From IMG/VR virus record IMGVR_UViG_3300049830_000142, positions 70,589 through 134,588 of that record: 64,000 nucleotides of DNA, one strand, 5' to 3'. The notes below the pieces were generated by a model that worked only from the letters and a program-made list of their open reading frames with translations, was not told the origin of the DNA and did not search any database. The translations under genes were made by a program, and so were the position numbers. The stretch's first letter is position 1. The number at the start of each line of letters is the position of its first letter. Positions 20,181 through 31,036 of this stretch are shown here, in pieces. The DNA is from a virus.

Positions 20181-20732
20181 ATGGATCATCTCGACAAACC
20201 TTATGTTGTCAACCATGACGCTTTCGGCCACGTAAAGATCTGGAAGCACAACGTCAAGGATGGCAGCACGCAACTAGTAGTAGAAAAACCGAACATGATA
20301 GTTTATGGTGGCGCGGATGTCGCGGCCAAGGCTCTAAGCGGTCAGCCTAACACAGGTATTACGCATATGTATGTGGGCATTAGCTCATCCAACACTGCAG
20401 CTACCGCCGCTCAGTTAACGGACAGCATTACTACATTTGGTACAATCAACACCAACTTCGTAAAGCTACCTATCGCTTTCTCACCCAGTTTCTCAAACGA
20501 GGCGAACTACACCTCGAACCTAGTTTACTTCAGTGTATACATCACAGGTTCAACAGTGACCAATGGCTATTACATCAATTCTCTAGGGCTGGTCAACGCC
20601 AGCATTCCTACCACCAATCCTAACACAACGGTTGGTGATAAACTATTCTCACGTATCACGTTCACACCTATCGCCTACGACAGCTCACATGGTCTCGCAA
20701 TTTGTTGGGGGGTTACTTTTAGAGCATCATAA
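20181..20732 (+). CDS. Putative baseplate/tail-fibre connector
   Basis: 183 aa; NMIV..G...A and terminal WGVTF pattern typical of baseplate structural proteins. Confidence 0.55.
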   Translation: MDHLDKPYVVNHDAFGHVKIWKHNVKDGSTQLVVEKPNMIVYGGADVAAKALSGQPNTGITHMYVGISSSNTAATAAQLTDSITTFGTINTNFVKLPIAFSPSFSNEANYTSNLVYFSVYITGSTVTNGYYINSLGLVNASIPTTNPNTTVGDKLFSRITFTPIAYDSSHGLAICWGVTFRAS

Positions 20733-20733
20733 T

Positions 20734-21312
20734 ATGACTAAAAAAGAGCAAGACCACAGATATTACTTAAAAAATAAAGAAAAGATAATAAAACAAGTAA
20801 AAGAGTATAGAATTAACAACTCGGCAGTAGTTAAGGAGTATCAAAAGAAAAAGTATAGATTGAACAAAGAAACATATTTGGCTAAGAATAAAATTTATCG
20901 AGTGAAGAACCATAAAAAAATTCTAGAAGGTAAAAAAAGATATAGGTTAGCAAATAAAAATAAAATTCTAGCGTATCAATCAAAGTACGAAGAACTACAA
21001 AGAAAGATTAATCCAAAATTTAGAATAAAGGCAGCATTAAGAACTAGGATTCATAACGCAGTGAGAAAAGGATATAAAAGTGCTTCGACTGTACAACTGT
21101 TGGGCTGCACCGTTAAAGATCTAAAGAATCACCTAGAATTACAATTTCAACCAAACATGTCTTGGAGTAACTATGGAGAGTGGCATATTGATCATCGTAA
21201 ACCCTGTGCCTCATTTGATTTAACTAAAGAATCTGAACAAAGAAAGTGTTTTAATTACACTAATCTCCAGCCGCTTTGGGCAGAAGATAATTTAAGAAAA
21301 GGAGCAAGCTAA
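20734..21312 (+). CDS. HNH homing endonuclease (paralogue of 15518-16036)
   Basis: MSWSNYGEWHIDHRKPC..FDL..LQPLW; likely start ATG 20734, not 20632. Confidence 0.9.
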   Translation: MTKKEQDHRYYLKNKEKIIKQVKEYRINNSAVVKEYQKKKYRLNKETYLAKNKIYRVKNHKKILEGKKRYRLANKNKILAYQSKYEELQRKINPKFRIKAALRTRIHNAVRKGYKSASTVQLLGCTVKDLKNHLELQFQPNMSWSNYGEWHIDHRKPCASFDLTKESEQRKCFNYTNLQPLWAEDNLRKGAS

Positions 21313-21313
21313 T

Positions 21314-23164
21314 ATGTCAACGTGGAATCCTAGTGTATCTCAATTCACAGACGGTACGAGTCAAGTAAATGCCTCTACCGTAAATAACGTGGTCAACCAA
21401 TTGGCTGCGAGGGATGAGTATCTATTCGAGATGCTGAACAACCAGTCTGACAAGACTGTGATGATTAGCTTTAACCAGCCTATCGTAGAAGGTCTTATCC
21501 CAGGCACTCCTGTATTCTTTGACAACAGCGCAGGTCAGGCTGTGCTAAAGTCTGCAAAGGCTGGATATGACTCTGGCATTGGAGGTCACCTTATTCCTAA
21601 GACTTCAGCCTTCGTATTTGGTATCATAGGAAATGTTTACAGCAACCAAAGCAATCCAGTTGTTTATGGTGACATCTATTTGCGTGGTCTGATCGATGGT
21701 AACGATGCTTCAAGACCTATCAATTTTAACGATTTGCTAGATGCTCAAAGCAGTCTACAAGGTATTGCTCCTGGTCCGCTGTACTTGTCTAGCACTGAAG
21801 CTGGCAAGTTATCTATCTATGCTACCGGTGCTTCAATCTTTATTGGATACTACATCGGTTCAAACAAAGTTGTACTAGCTCCGAATATTGATTCTCTTAA
21901 CCAGCTTTATTTTAACTACAAGGTATTCTTAAAATCCACACCTTGTGGAACTGCAACAAATACTTCTGGCACACTTTGGTCAATCACACATAACGTATCA
22001 GCTGCAGCAGATATGACGTCTACTGTAGGTTGGGTAAACGCTAGTGACGCAGCTACAGTATTATCTTTGACACCGCCTTCTGGTGCAGCGTTCTACTACA
22101 ATCTTCCTTCTGATGCAGCAATCAATGCATCAGGTTCAGGTTTGACTACGGAGCAGCAACAACATGCGCTACAACTAAAGAACGCATTGCCAGCTAATCC
22201 TGCCGCTTACACGATGTTGTTTGTGAACGGTATTTTGCAGACTCAATATGATACTGACCACACAGATGGTAGCTATATCATCAACGAGAATGGTATTTGG
22301 TGGATGGTCAATCAAACCAACTATGTTCCTTGGGCTGGTAGTCCAGGTAATGTAGAAATACAGCTACTGATTACTAAGCTCAACCCAGATTTTGCAGACA
22401 GTGTTGTCACTAGCTTAGAAAGCTCAAACTCAGCTTTAGTAGTGACTGGTAGTGATGGTCAGGCTGCAGCTCATGGTAACTTGACTATTGAGTTGGCTCT
22501 ACCCATCGTCAACGTTAATACTACTGGCAATGGTTACACTGTACAGCAACTTAGCTATAACAGCTCTTCAGGTATAACCACAGCTGAGGTAGCTCCAGTC
22601 GTCAATACACTTTCTACAGGCCCAGGACTAAGTCTTACATCAACTTCTCCAGGTCAGTACTCACTTTCACTAAACAATTTTTCATTGAGCGGTGAAGTGG
22701 CTGACATTGAACCAGAAGAAGCTGATTACGTCTATAAAGGTTTGCATGCTTACCTAAGGATGAAGAATCCTCAGCCTAACCAAAAGTTAGGGTTCATAGG
22801 AAAACTTAGAATTCCGGCTAGCGTACCTTCAGGAGCTAAACTAAACATCCAGCTAGTCTGCTTCTGTGACGCTGCAACAACTCAGCCAGGTTCTACAGCC
22901 AATTTTAGTTTTGAGTATAGCGTTAGCAACAACGGAACTGCTATCTCTAGCTCCACTACCTCCGCTACAGTTGGTGTAGCTGGAACCGTTCTAGCACCAG
23001 CACTTACTCAAGTGACGCTGTATAAGAATGGCAGCACACCTTACTTTAGCATTCCAAGTTCAGCATTCAGTGCCAACTCATACGTCAATTTTCGTATCTC
23101 TCGTGTAAACTCGACTTACACTAATCCGATATCTGTAATAGGTGTGCTATGGGCAATAGAATAA
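21314..23164 (+). CDS. Putative tail fibre/baseplate-anchored protein
   Basis: N-terminal NQLAARDEYL fibre-anchor-like motif; beta-rich body. Confidence 0.6.
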   Translation: MSTWNPSVSQFTDGTSQVNASTVNNVVNQLAARDEYLFEMLNNQSDKTVMISFNQPIVEGLIPGTPVFFDNSAGQAVLKSAKAGYDSGIGGHLIPKTSAFVFGIIGNVYSNQSNPVVYGDIYLRGLIDGNDASRPINFNDLLDAQSSLQGIAPGPLYLSSTEAGKLSIYATGASIFIGYYIGSNKVVLAPNIDSLNQLYFNYKVFLKSTPCGTATNTSGTLWSITHNVSAAADMTSTVGWVNASDAATVLSLTPPSGAAFYYNLPSDAAINASGSGLTTEQQQHALQLKNALPANPAAYTMLFVNGILQTQYDTDHTDGSYIINENGIWWMVNQTNYVPWAGSPGNVEIQLLITKLNPDFADSVVTSLESSNSALVVTGSDGQAAAHGNLTIELALPIVNVNTTGNGYTVQQLSYNSSSGITTAEVAPVVNTLSTGPGLSLTSTSPGQYSLSLNNFSLSGEVADIEPEEADYVYKGLHAYLRMKNPQPNQKLGFIGKLRIPASVPSGAKLNIQLVCFCDAATTQPGSTANFSFEYSVSNNGTAISSSTTSATVGVAGTVLAPALTQVTLYKNGSTPYFSIPSSAFSANSYVNFRISRVNSTYTNPISVIGVLWAIE

Positions 23165-23535
23165 AAAAAGGAAGAGATAAAAAGAAAATACAAAAAAGAA
23201 TGCAGCAATATTATCTTGATAATAAAGATAAGATAACAAAGTACAAGCAGCAATGGAGATCAGAAAATAAAGAAAAAGTTAAATGGTATCATATTAAGCA
23301 AACTTATGGTTTGACAGAAAAAGAATATAAACAATTACTAGACGACCAAGGTAGCAGTTGTAAACTTTGTAAAAAATTGTTCGATATAACTAATATAATT
23401 TGTGTAGACCACTGTCATAAAACTGGAAAAATCAGAGGGTTACTTCATAAGAAATGTAATTCCATTATTGGCTTAGCAGATGATAGTATAGAACTGTTAG
23501 AGCTAAGTATTGGTTACCTCAAGAACACAAAATAA
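23149..23535 (+). CDS. Endonuclease VII-family homing endonuclease
   Basis: YGLT..EY..LL..Q..C.LC..VDHCH.TGKIRGLL...CN..IG. Confidence 0.9.
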   Translation: MGNRIKKGRDKKKIQKRMQQYYLDNKDKITKYKQQWRSENKEKVKWYHIKQTYGLTEKEYKQLLDDQGSSCKLCKKLFDITNIICVDHCHKTGKIRGLLHKKCNSIIGLADDSIELLELSIGYLKNTK

Positions 23536-23536
23536 T

Positions 23537-24406
23537 ATGAATACTCTAGACTTTTTGAACCAAAATTCGTTGAGAAACTACCCCATAAAAGATGATTTAG
23601 GTAGAGTCAGTGACGACGGAATTTTCACGATTCCGAATACCCTCATTGTCGACATCGCGTTGTGTGCACCAGGTCACGATACACTTAGCCTATACATCTC
23701 AAAAGTAAATGTTAGTTCTAAGAGTTTGTCTATCGAGTTAAGCGCAAATGGTGTTGGTATCTTTGGTGTGTTTCAAACTAATCTACCACTAAGCGGATAC
23801 AACAACGATATTACACTGACACCTGGAGTTCTATTTCCTCTAGCAGCTGGAGCAATCACCATAGGTTCTACAGATGACTTGATTGACTTACCATCTGGCA
23901 ACTTTGCATTTAGTTACAGCAGCACAGCACTCTTGATGCGTACTTATGGTCCTAGCAGCCCTGGTCTATCATGGCTATCCTTTACAGACACAAAAGGTAA
24001 CACATCTACTCTCACAGGCTATGTACAGGTAAACGGTCACAGCAATATTCAATTTAGGAATGGTAGCAACGTAGTATACGTAGATGCTGGTGAAAACTTA
24101 GGTCTAAATAAGGTTTGTATCAGCACCAAGACTCCGATAACTTCTATTAATGGAGTACCGCCGGACGCTACCGGTAATTTCACTTTAATACCTGAACAAT
24201 GTGTTTCACTGACACCAGCACAGAACGGTTTGTTTGTAGGCGACAACTGCGGACAGCCTTGTATGGGTTGCACTGAGATGGCTACATTAACTACACAAGT
24301 AAATAGCTTGGAGACCAGCATTATTGATATACGCAACTTTACCAATAATCTACAAGCCGCCATCACTCAAGCCACAACTCTACTTAATTATCAATGCCAG
24401 TGCTAA
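23537..24406 (+). CDS. Virion structural protein, N..R.YP paralogue 1
   Basis: FLNQNSLRNYP N-terminus; SINGVPPDATGN; Cys-rich; start trimmed to ATG 23537. Confidence 0.65.
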   Translation: MNTLDFLNQNSLRNYPIKDDLGRVSDDGIFTIPNTLIVDIALCAPGHDTLSLYISKVNVSSKSLSIELSANGVGIFGVFQTNLPLSGYNNDITLTPGVLFPLAAGAITIGSTDDLIDLPSGNFAFSYSSTALLMRTYGPSSPGLSWLSFTDTKGNTSTLTGYVQVNGHSNIQFRNGSNVVYVDAGENLGLNKVCISTKTPITSINGVPPDATGNFTLIPEQCVSLTPAQNGLFVGDNCGQPCMGCTEMATLTTQVNSLETSIIDIRNFTNNLQAAITQATTLLNYQCQC

Positions 24407-26059
24407 ATGAACACAATCGACTACCAGCAGCAATGTGGGTTAACCCGTTATCCTTTTCGTGATAATGCTACGTTAGTATGGACCTCAGGTTCTACTCACG
24501 GGGAACTCCCTAATTCCATTTTTAGAGATGCGAAGCTAACAGTGTTTAGTGGAAGCATTTCTGCTCCTCAGTTAACTGCGATCTCATTCGACGGTGCAAA
24601 TGCTATTGTGTCTTTAGGTGGATATACTTTAGTAGTTCCGGCTACTATCGGTATCAACACCTATACAGCCAAAAACTCAACTGCACTTCTTTGTGTAGAC
24701 ATCGACAATGATGAGCTGACCAACTACTTCACTACAATTGGAGCGGGAGCTTATACATTTGATGCTTCATGCACATTATGCTTGTCATGCATAAAGGTTC
24801 TTCCTCCTAACATCACCAGGTTTAAGCTGATCAATACTTTGCCCGCTTCAACAGCGACTATCTACGATAACAGTGTTGTTGGTAGTGGTGTACCGTTAGT
24901 AGAGGGAACAAATGTAGGATTTACTGTTACTGATAATTTGTGTAACGTAGACGTGAACCGTGGTTTGGGGGCAGGTCAATACGATGGCTGTGGTAATGAC
25001 TCTTCAAATCTTCTTACCATCAACACGCTAAGTCCAGACGCAAAAGGAAATTACTTAATTGGTAACGACTTCTGCTATTCAACTTATAGGACACCTGAAG
25101 GCTTACACTTAAAGAACACCTGCAAACCTCAGTGCACTTCTGATGACATACTTAACACAGCCGACTACTATAATAGAGTAGGTGATTTGACTAACCAGCT
25201 GTCCACATATGTAGGTGCAACTAACAACGGATACAATAGCTGGCTATCTACGATCGAGACTTTGGAATCTAACAAAAACACATATGCGCTTGGCTATGTA
25301 TTGGCCAATGCATCTACATCTGCTAATCGAGCAAAGCAATATCATAACATAGGCATTGGACTATATTATCCGCATTTCAAGTCACCAAGCAGTGTTCTTA
25401 AAGCTTCTTACAACACATCAGAGTTTCAACTAGTACCTGGAACGTATTACAATAACGAAGAGAATACTAAACGTGTGTTGCCTGATTTCACACCTAACAC
25501 AAACATAGCCTCAGAACTAGTCAATTGCCAATCAACAAAGTTTTATGGTTTTGTGCTACAGCAGAACATTGCCTCAGGTCTATTACATAATAACCTAGGT
25601 TCTAGCTTATACGATTTGCATCTAAACTTAAGATCAACGAACGTAGGCAACAGTGGATTTGTATTACCGATCAATCCTAAGTCCTTTAACTTTACGGTCA
25701 AATACAGTATACAGAATATACACCAGAACCCAAGCAATCTGTCATCAGCAGTATTGTCTAGGTTAGTCAAGTTTGACTTGATGTTTATAGATCCAACAGG
25801 TGCAACTAGTAACGTGACATTGAACACTAATGTAAGTAGCCTCGGTAGTATACTGACTAACCAGACAAAGTGTAATAACGTCGTTGCCAGCTATATCAGC
25901 CCTGGGTTTGTTAATGTCAGTATGAATGGTTTGAAAGATAACCACTATTACCTGACGTTAAGCTGCCCTGTTACAGTGTATAGTGCTCAAACCATCAATT
26001 TTTCAGCTTCCGGAATTTCAGGTTCAGCAAACAAGTCAATCATAGTCCACTTTTTATAA
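24407..26059 (+). CDS. Virion structural protein, paralogue 2
   Basis: YQQQCGLTRYP; TINTLSPDAKGN. Confidence 0.65.
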   Translation: MNTIDYQQQCGLTRYPFRDNATLVWTSGSTHGELPNSIFRDAKLTVFSGSISAPQLTAISFDGANAIVSLGGYTLVVPATIGINTYTAKNSTALLCVDIDNDELTNYFTTIGAGAYTFDASCTLCLSCIKVLPPNITRFKLINTLPASTATIYDNSVVGSGVPLVEGTNVGFTVTDNLCNVDVNRGLGAGQYDGCGNDSSNLLTINTLSPDAKGNYLIGNDFCYSTYRTPEGLHLKNTCKPQCTSDDILNTADYYNRVGDLTNQLSTYVGATNNGYNSWLSTIETLESNKNTYALGYVLANASTSANRAKQYHNIGIGLYYPHFKSPSSVLKASYNTSEFQLVPGTYYNNEENTKRVLPDFTPNTNIASELVNCQSTKFYGFVLQQNIASGLLHNNLGSSLYDLHLNLRSTNVGNSGFVLPINPKSFNFTVKYSIQNIHQNPSNLSSAVLSRLVKFDLMFIDPTGATSNVTLNTNVSSLGSILTNQTKCNNVVASYISPGFVNVSMNGLKDNHYYLTLSCPVTVYSAQTINFSASGISGSANKSIIVHFL

Positions 26060-26868
26060 TGCAACTGAATTTCATACAAAGCAACTGGCATAGACTGTAC
26101 CCGTTTAGAGCTGGCCATGGTAGTGTAGACCTATACAACAACGACATGCCCACAGATATAATAGTGGCATTGCGTGTTACCTGTGCTTCTACTGAACTAG
26201 AGCTCTATGTCAGCAAAGTCATAACCAATAATGGCGTGGTCAGCATTACTGTAAATGGTGCGAGTGGGCCTATTGGATTTGCAAATGGTACTATCGTCAT
26301 GCCTAATCAGTCGCTACTCATCTATAACCAAAGCAAAGGTGTGATTGGTACCGTCACGATAGGCAACGTTGATGCTGTATCAAGTAAACAGACCTTTGTC
26401 TTTGATAACACAAATGGTTTGGTTGAACCTAGTGTAGTAACAGTTTTAAGTGCTCCTAGTGTAACCAGTTTGAATGTAAAAGGAGTAAAGCTTGTAGGTG
26501 CAATAAAGCTGACGAGTAATACTGCTGGTATCACGGCAGGTGGTACAATAGGTCTGAACGTTACTAGGCCTGACGACATACAATCACGTAACGATATTTC
26601 AGCAAACAGGCTTACATGTGGTAACAATGTAATAGGTGGCATCAATACAGTTACTCCTGATGAGAACGGTAACATTGACATTTACGCCGTAATACCAGTT
26701 CAAGTATCTATTGTAAGTGGTAACATTAAGCTAGACTCGCCTGGAACGCCGTTAACTAAGATTTGTAAAACATTGAACCTGCCTCCTACAGATAGTACGC
26801 AGACTTCACATCAAAGTATTTCAGTAATCACAACACCTGAGTGGAGTGGCTGGCCGCAATATCAATAA
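26059..26868 (+). CDS. Virion structural protein, paralogue 3
   Basis: FIQSNWHRLYP; GINTVTPDENGN. Confidence 0.65.
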   Translation: MQLNFIQSNWHRLYPFRAGHGSVDLYNNDMPTDIIVALRVTCASTELELYVSKVITNNGVVSITVNGASGPIGFANGTIVMPNQSLLIYNQSKGVIGTVTIGNVDAVSSKQTFVFDNTNGLVEPSVVTVLSAPSVTSLNVKGVKLVGAIKLTSNTAGITAGGTIGLNVTRPDDIQSRNDISANRLTCGNNVIGGINTVTPDENGNIDIYAVIPVQVSIVSGNIKLDSPGTPLTKICKTLNLPPTDSTQTSHQSISVITTPEWSGWPQYQ

Positions 26869-26870
26869 CT

Positions 26871-28295
26871 ATGAATGGAATAGGAATAACAGAGTGGCAA
26901 AACAACGAAACAGGGTATCCGTTAGTCAGTGCTGGACAACTAAGCGGATTATTTTGTGATGCCTCATTTGTTAGTTACGACAGCTTCATACCTGTCTTGA
27001 CTAATGTTGCGGTATCTACAACTCAGCTTATATTAACTATCCAGATGGATGATGGACTACACCAGTTCTCATTTCCGATAACCAGCATAGTACAAGGTTA
27101 TGGAACTAGACTACGCACAGCTACTAGGAGTTATGGTAGTGTTGTCTTTGGTAGATTATCTGAAGACTTGGTTTCTGGTACACTTGGGAATAACATCACA
27201 GCTAACTGCAGGTTTGATTCTTCTACAGTCAGAACTATCGACTCTACTAATGGTGTCTATAGTGTTGCAGGTTTGAGCGGTACCGTGTCTGTTTTGCTAG
27301 ATGGTAACTTCATGTACAATGCTAGCTCATTGTTTGGTTACCCTACACTGTCAGCTGTAAGTTTGCCTAACAGTCTTGAAGTATTACAAACAGATTCAAA
27401 CAACAGTTATGCCTTAAACTCTAATCGTGTTTTACAAAGAGTAGATAACTCAGGCTTGGTTGATTTGACTGTGCTAGACAAAACTTACTATCAAGTCATT
27501 TCACATGGAGCTTATTTGATTGGTGCAAATATACAAAGCAGCATCACTAGCTTATATGACTTGGCTACACAACCTTCAACTAAGAAGCTCTCAGGCATAC
27601 CAGGCAGGATTACGGCGTTGACTGTAAATGGTAGTGGAGATCTAGTAGCTTTGATAGGAGACAAGCTATTTAACTTAGGAGGCTATCCTTATACATACAA
27701 TCCATCAAACGGCATACCAACTGGTGTAGTTAATGGTGTAGGCATGGTATTCTACAATGGTGTCTATCTAATCTATACTAACGGTATGAGAGATTACTCA
27801 GCATCAGGCACCGTGTATCTTAGTAACTTTGTCTACGCTGTTACTGTATCCGGTTCATCCGCTACAAGTGATTTTCTAGGTCTGCTAGTCGATCCTACAA
27901 TAGATAATTCAAGCAATTTCACAGATAACCAACATGTGCCTTGGTTGAACGGTATGTTTATCTCAGGCAGTCAAATTTATGGCTGGTCAGCTATAGATGG
28001 CAACTATCTATTGTTTAGCATCGATCCAAATAGCTTGAACGTGACTACCGTACACTCATGTCAGTATAGTCCTGCCGTATATCAAAACGCTACATTTGTA
28101 GGTGGATCAAGCATCATACTTAATTCAGTGACACCATTGAAGACCATCAACAATCTTAGCCCAACTGACAATCAAATCAACTTCATGGGTTCAGATACAG
28201 TCTCGATTAACCCAAGCGCATCAGATACCATTAAAGTGAACTTAGCGGTAAATGATGCACAACTGAATGTGTTTAGATCCACTACTTACGAATAA
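26871..28295 (+). CDS. Virion structural protein, paralogue 4 (with inserted beta-rich domain)
   Basis: EWQNNETGYP; TINNLSP; start trimmed to ATG 26871. Confidence 0.65.
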   Translation: MNGIGITEWQNNETGYPLVSAGQLSGLFCDASFVSYDSFIPVLTNVAVSTTQLILTIQMDDGLHQFSFPITSIVQGYGTRLRTATRSYGSVVFGRLSEDLVSGTLGNNITANCRFDSSTVRTIDSTNGVYSVAGLSGTVSVLLDGNFMYNASSLFGYPTLSAVSLPNSLEVLQTDSNNSYALNSNRVLQRVDNSGLVDLTVLDKTYYQVISHGAYLIGANIQSSITSLYDLATQPSTKKLSGIPGRITALTVNGSGDLVALIGDKLFNLGGYPYTYNPSNGIPTGVVNGVGMVFYNGVYLIYTNGMRDYSASGTVYLSNFVYAVTVSGSSATSDFLGLLVDPTIDNSSNFTDNQHVPWLNGMFISGSQIYGWSAIDGNYLLFSIDPNSLNVTTVHSCQYSPAVYQNATFVGGSSIILNSVTPLKTINNLSPTDNQINFMGSDTVSINPSASDTIKVNLAVNDAQLNVFRSTTYE

Positions 28296-28297
28296 TT

Positions 28298-29083
28298 ATG
28301 AGCTTTAGCACTGTAGTTGAATGGTTGAATGAAAATTCTTTGAGAAGTTATCCTTTGGTAGAGGGTAGCCCTAGAACTATCATGAGTGGACAAGTTAGTC
28401 TAGATCTGCATAGTCTAATCCTTGATGCGTCGCTATTCTATGATATAGCACCGGATGAAGTAAAACTCGTGTCAGTGCAGACTAGTGGATCAACGTTGAC
28501 TATACAAGTAACTGGACAAGCTAACTTCGTTCTAGCCAACTATAACACAACCAGTTATCCGCAGTATGTCCGTAACACTAACCACAGTTTGTTAGTGCTA
28601 GGAGATGCGACTGGTATACCTACTAACCTGACCTTTCAAGCTAACGCACTATTTGAACTTAGCGCTACTACTGAAGTATATCCCAATACCAAAGGACTCT
28701 CCAGTTTAACAATTGACGGTACGACTTTAACTGGTAACATCTCATTGAGTGATGGTTATCAGTGTAGCTTAATTCCTAGCGGTAACACTTTACAGATCGA
28801 GGTAGGTAAAGGAGAAGGTCAGCCATTACCTTGTGTATCTATCAAAGGTGTGACCAATGATTGTGATGACGTCGTTAGCTCTTTGAACGGTGTCACTCCT
28901 ACATCAACTGGTGGTATACTAAAGATTGTAGCCGGCAATCATGTAAAGGTGATTGATGACCCAGACAACAACCGAATATTCATAGGCTTTGACTTTGTTG
29001 ACGGACAATTTGAAGCTGCTATCAGTGGTTCAAACGTCTCAAGTTACGTAGACTATTACTCACAACGATATGGTTCCAGCTAA
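28298..29083 (+). CDS. Virion structural protein, paralogue 5
   Basis: EWLNENSLRSYP; SLNGVTP. Confidence 0.65.
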   Translation: MSFSTVVEWLNENSLRSYPLVEGSPRTIMSGQVSLDLHSLILDASLFYDIAPDEVKLVSVQTSGSTLTIQVTGQANFVLANYNTTSYPQYVRNTNHSLLVLGDATGIPTNLTFQANALFELSATTEVYPNTKGLSSLTIDGTTLTGNISLSDGYQCSLIPSGNTLQIEVGKGEGQPLPCVSIKGVTNDCDDVVSSLNGVTPTSTGGILKIVAGNHVKVIDDPDNNRIFIGFDFVDGQFEAAISGSNVSSYVDYYSQRYGSS

Positions 29084-29894
29084 TACTGCAAAGTCACTTT
29101 ATACACCAGGGCAAGCCACTACTAGAAATCCGGATTTCTGGTTGAAGGACGTTGACTTTACTTGCTGCGCCGCGAACTTGATATCTTACAACAGTACGCT
29201 AATCAGTCCTAGACATTTGATTTGGTCAGCTCATGCAGGCACAGCTAGAACTGCTGTATCCTTTGTTACAAATGATAACCAAGTCATAACTAGAAATGTG
29301 GTCAATGAAATCTACCATCCATATTTTCAACCCTACTTCCCAGATATAGGTGTTTCGATATTAGACGCAGACGTACCAGATACTATCAAGTTTGCAAAGG
29401 TTCTACCAAAAAACTGGCCTACCTATTTTCCAATTACAGTAGGAGACTATGGATTAAATACAGTAGGCAGAGTTGGAGCTATAGGTTTTACACAAGATAG
29501 GTATGCTACAGCTCGTGATTGGAGATATGTGGTTCGTAATAATATAACCATACCGAATGTACCAAACCCTTATTCACTGTCATTCTCAGCACCAATTGGA
29601 GCTTTGAAAAATTCACTATACCAAGATGTCCGTGGTGGTGACTCAAGTAGTCCAGCGTTCATCATAATCAATAACGAACCGGTGCTTCTTACTACCTGGA
29701 CTTACGGTGGTGGTGGCGCTGGAACTTCCATAGCTGAACAAGCTGATTACATCAACGCAATGATGACTACGCTAGGTGGTGGATATCAGTTGACTACTGT
29801 AGATTTGACCATTAAGATGACACTTAAGTCTCAAGTTTATCAAAACAGCCAAGTGCTGTCTCAAAAGTTACCTAGGCCTAGTCGAAGTGTATGA
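29070..29894 (+). CDS. Trypsin-like serine protease
   Basis: Triad motifs TLISPRHLIWSAH, PDIGVSIL, GGDSSSP. Confidence 0.8.
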   Translation: MVPANTAKSLYTPGQATTRNPDFWLKDVDFTCCAANLISYNSTLISPRHLIWSAHAGTARTAVSFVTNDNQVITRNVVNEIYHPYFQPYFPDIGVSILDADVPDTIKFAKVLPKNWPTYFPITVGDYGLNTVGRVGAIGFTQDRYATARDWRYVVRNNITIPNVPNPYSLSFSAPIGALKNSLYQDVRGGDSSSPAFIIINNEPVLLTTWTYGGGGAGTSIAEQADYINAMMTTLGGGYQLTTVDLTIKMTLKSQVYQNSQVLSQKLPRPSRSV

Positions 29895-30199
29895 AGCAGT
29901 ATACGATATCTGGAATAGACCATGTGATCAGGATACTAAATCAGTATCCTCAGCTAATGTCCTTATCAAGCTTAACTCCTATTCGTGAGATAGGTAGACA
30001 AGCTCAAGAGGCTGTGGCTAAAAGTGGCTGTGGTTGTAGCGCTGGGCCTATCTATAATCAAAATAAGGCTGTGTTTGAAAGGGCTTTAGACATGATGGGT
30101 TGTGGTGATCATCTTATGGTCAAGAACGTCTTGAAAGTGGACAAGCTTTGCTATTACGCTAAGGATAATACTGGTCAGAATAAGCTGAAGTGTGTATAA
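29891..30199 (+). CDS. Hypothetical protein
   Basis: 102 aa, ATGA-coupled. Confidence 0.6.
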   Translation: MKQYTISGIDHVIRILNQYPQLMSLSSLTPIREIGRQAQEAVAKSGCGCSAGPIYNQNKAVFERALDMMGCGDHLMVKNVLKVDKLCYYAKDNTGQNKLKCV

Positions 30200-30659
30200 T
30201 ACGAATATGGACTTGCCTGATTATTTGCCTGGAAACCCGCCTATGTATGGCGTTAAGCAAGCCAGCACATCATTCTACCAAGGAGACTGTATTGAGATTG
30301 CCATCCCAATTACAGTAGATCCACGCTGCACTTTAGTGGCCTATGTCAAGGATGACTTAGCCTCTTCCACTTTCCTTTGGGTAGGTAAACAAGGCAATGG
30401 TGTTGATGTGAATTTGGGACGTGTTACTGTGAAGATCAAAAGTAGCGTAGCTCAAGGATTTCCATCCGGCATCTATTATTTGACAGTAGCAGGTCAATGG
30501 CCTTCGGATATTAACGCTTACCAAGTGCTCTATAATATTTCATTTTCGATCAATGCCGCAGCTAGTAGCCCTTATCCAGTAGTGCAGCCAACGATTGTCA
30601 TTGTTAGCTCTGCTCCACCTCCAGGTGTAGCTTACATCCCAATTTCTTATTTCGGCTAA
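30192..30659 (+). CDS. BppU-N-like beta-sandwich virion protein
   Basis: FYQGD..EIAI..., G.V.V.I......G.YY..V pattern. Confidence 0.45.
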   Translation: MYNTNMDLPDYLPGNPPMYGVKQASTSFYQGDCIEIAIPITVDPRCTLVAYVKDDLASSTFLWVGKQGNGVDVNLGRVTVKIKSSVAQGFPSGIYYLTVAGQWPSDINAYQVLYNISFSINAAASSPYPVVQPTIVIVSSAPPPGVAYIPISYFG

Positions 30660-31036
30660 TGAACAAGACAGCATTACATGCACATGACAGAGGTGCAGAA
30701 AGATTAAACCTCAGTCCGCAAACCATTGATGAGATCCAGAAGTCTGTCGATCGTATGTGGTATGGTGGAGGTCATAAGAAGCTGACTGGTTCACACTATT
30801 ATAGTGATATCCGCGATCCTAAGCGTAATCTATTGGGATATGCAGCCTACAAGCGTATTGGCAACCTAAAACAAAAGCCAAGACTTATCCTAGCTTCAAT
30901 CTTGAATAAAGAGATGAAGCCTAAAGGTAACAACATTTCAAATTTCTTCCATACCTCAGTCAAAGACAACGGTGTAAAAATTCATATTCCTAAGGTGCAC
31001 GACAAGTTCGACGATGTGCCTAATAATAACAATTGA
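30659..31036 (+). CDS. Hypothetical protein
   Basis: 125 aa ORF. Confidence 0.55.
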   Translation: MNKTALHAHDRGAERLNLSPQTIDEIQKSVDRMWYGGGHKKLTGSHYYSDIRDPKRNLLGYAAYKRIGNLKQKPRLILASILNKEMKPKGNNISNFFHTSVKDNGVKIHIPKVHDKFDDVPNNNN

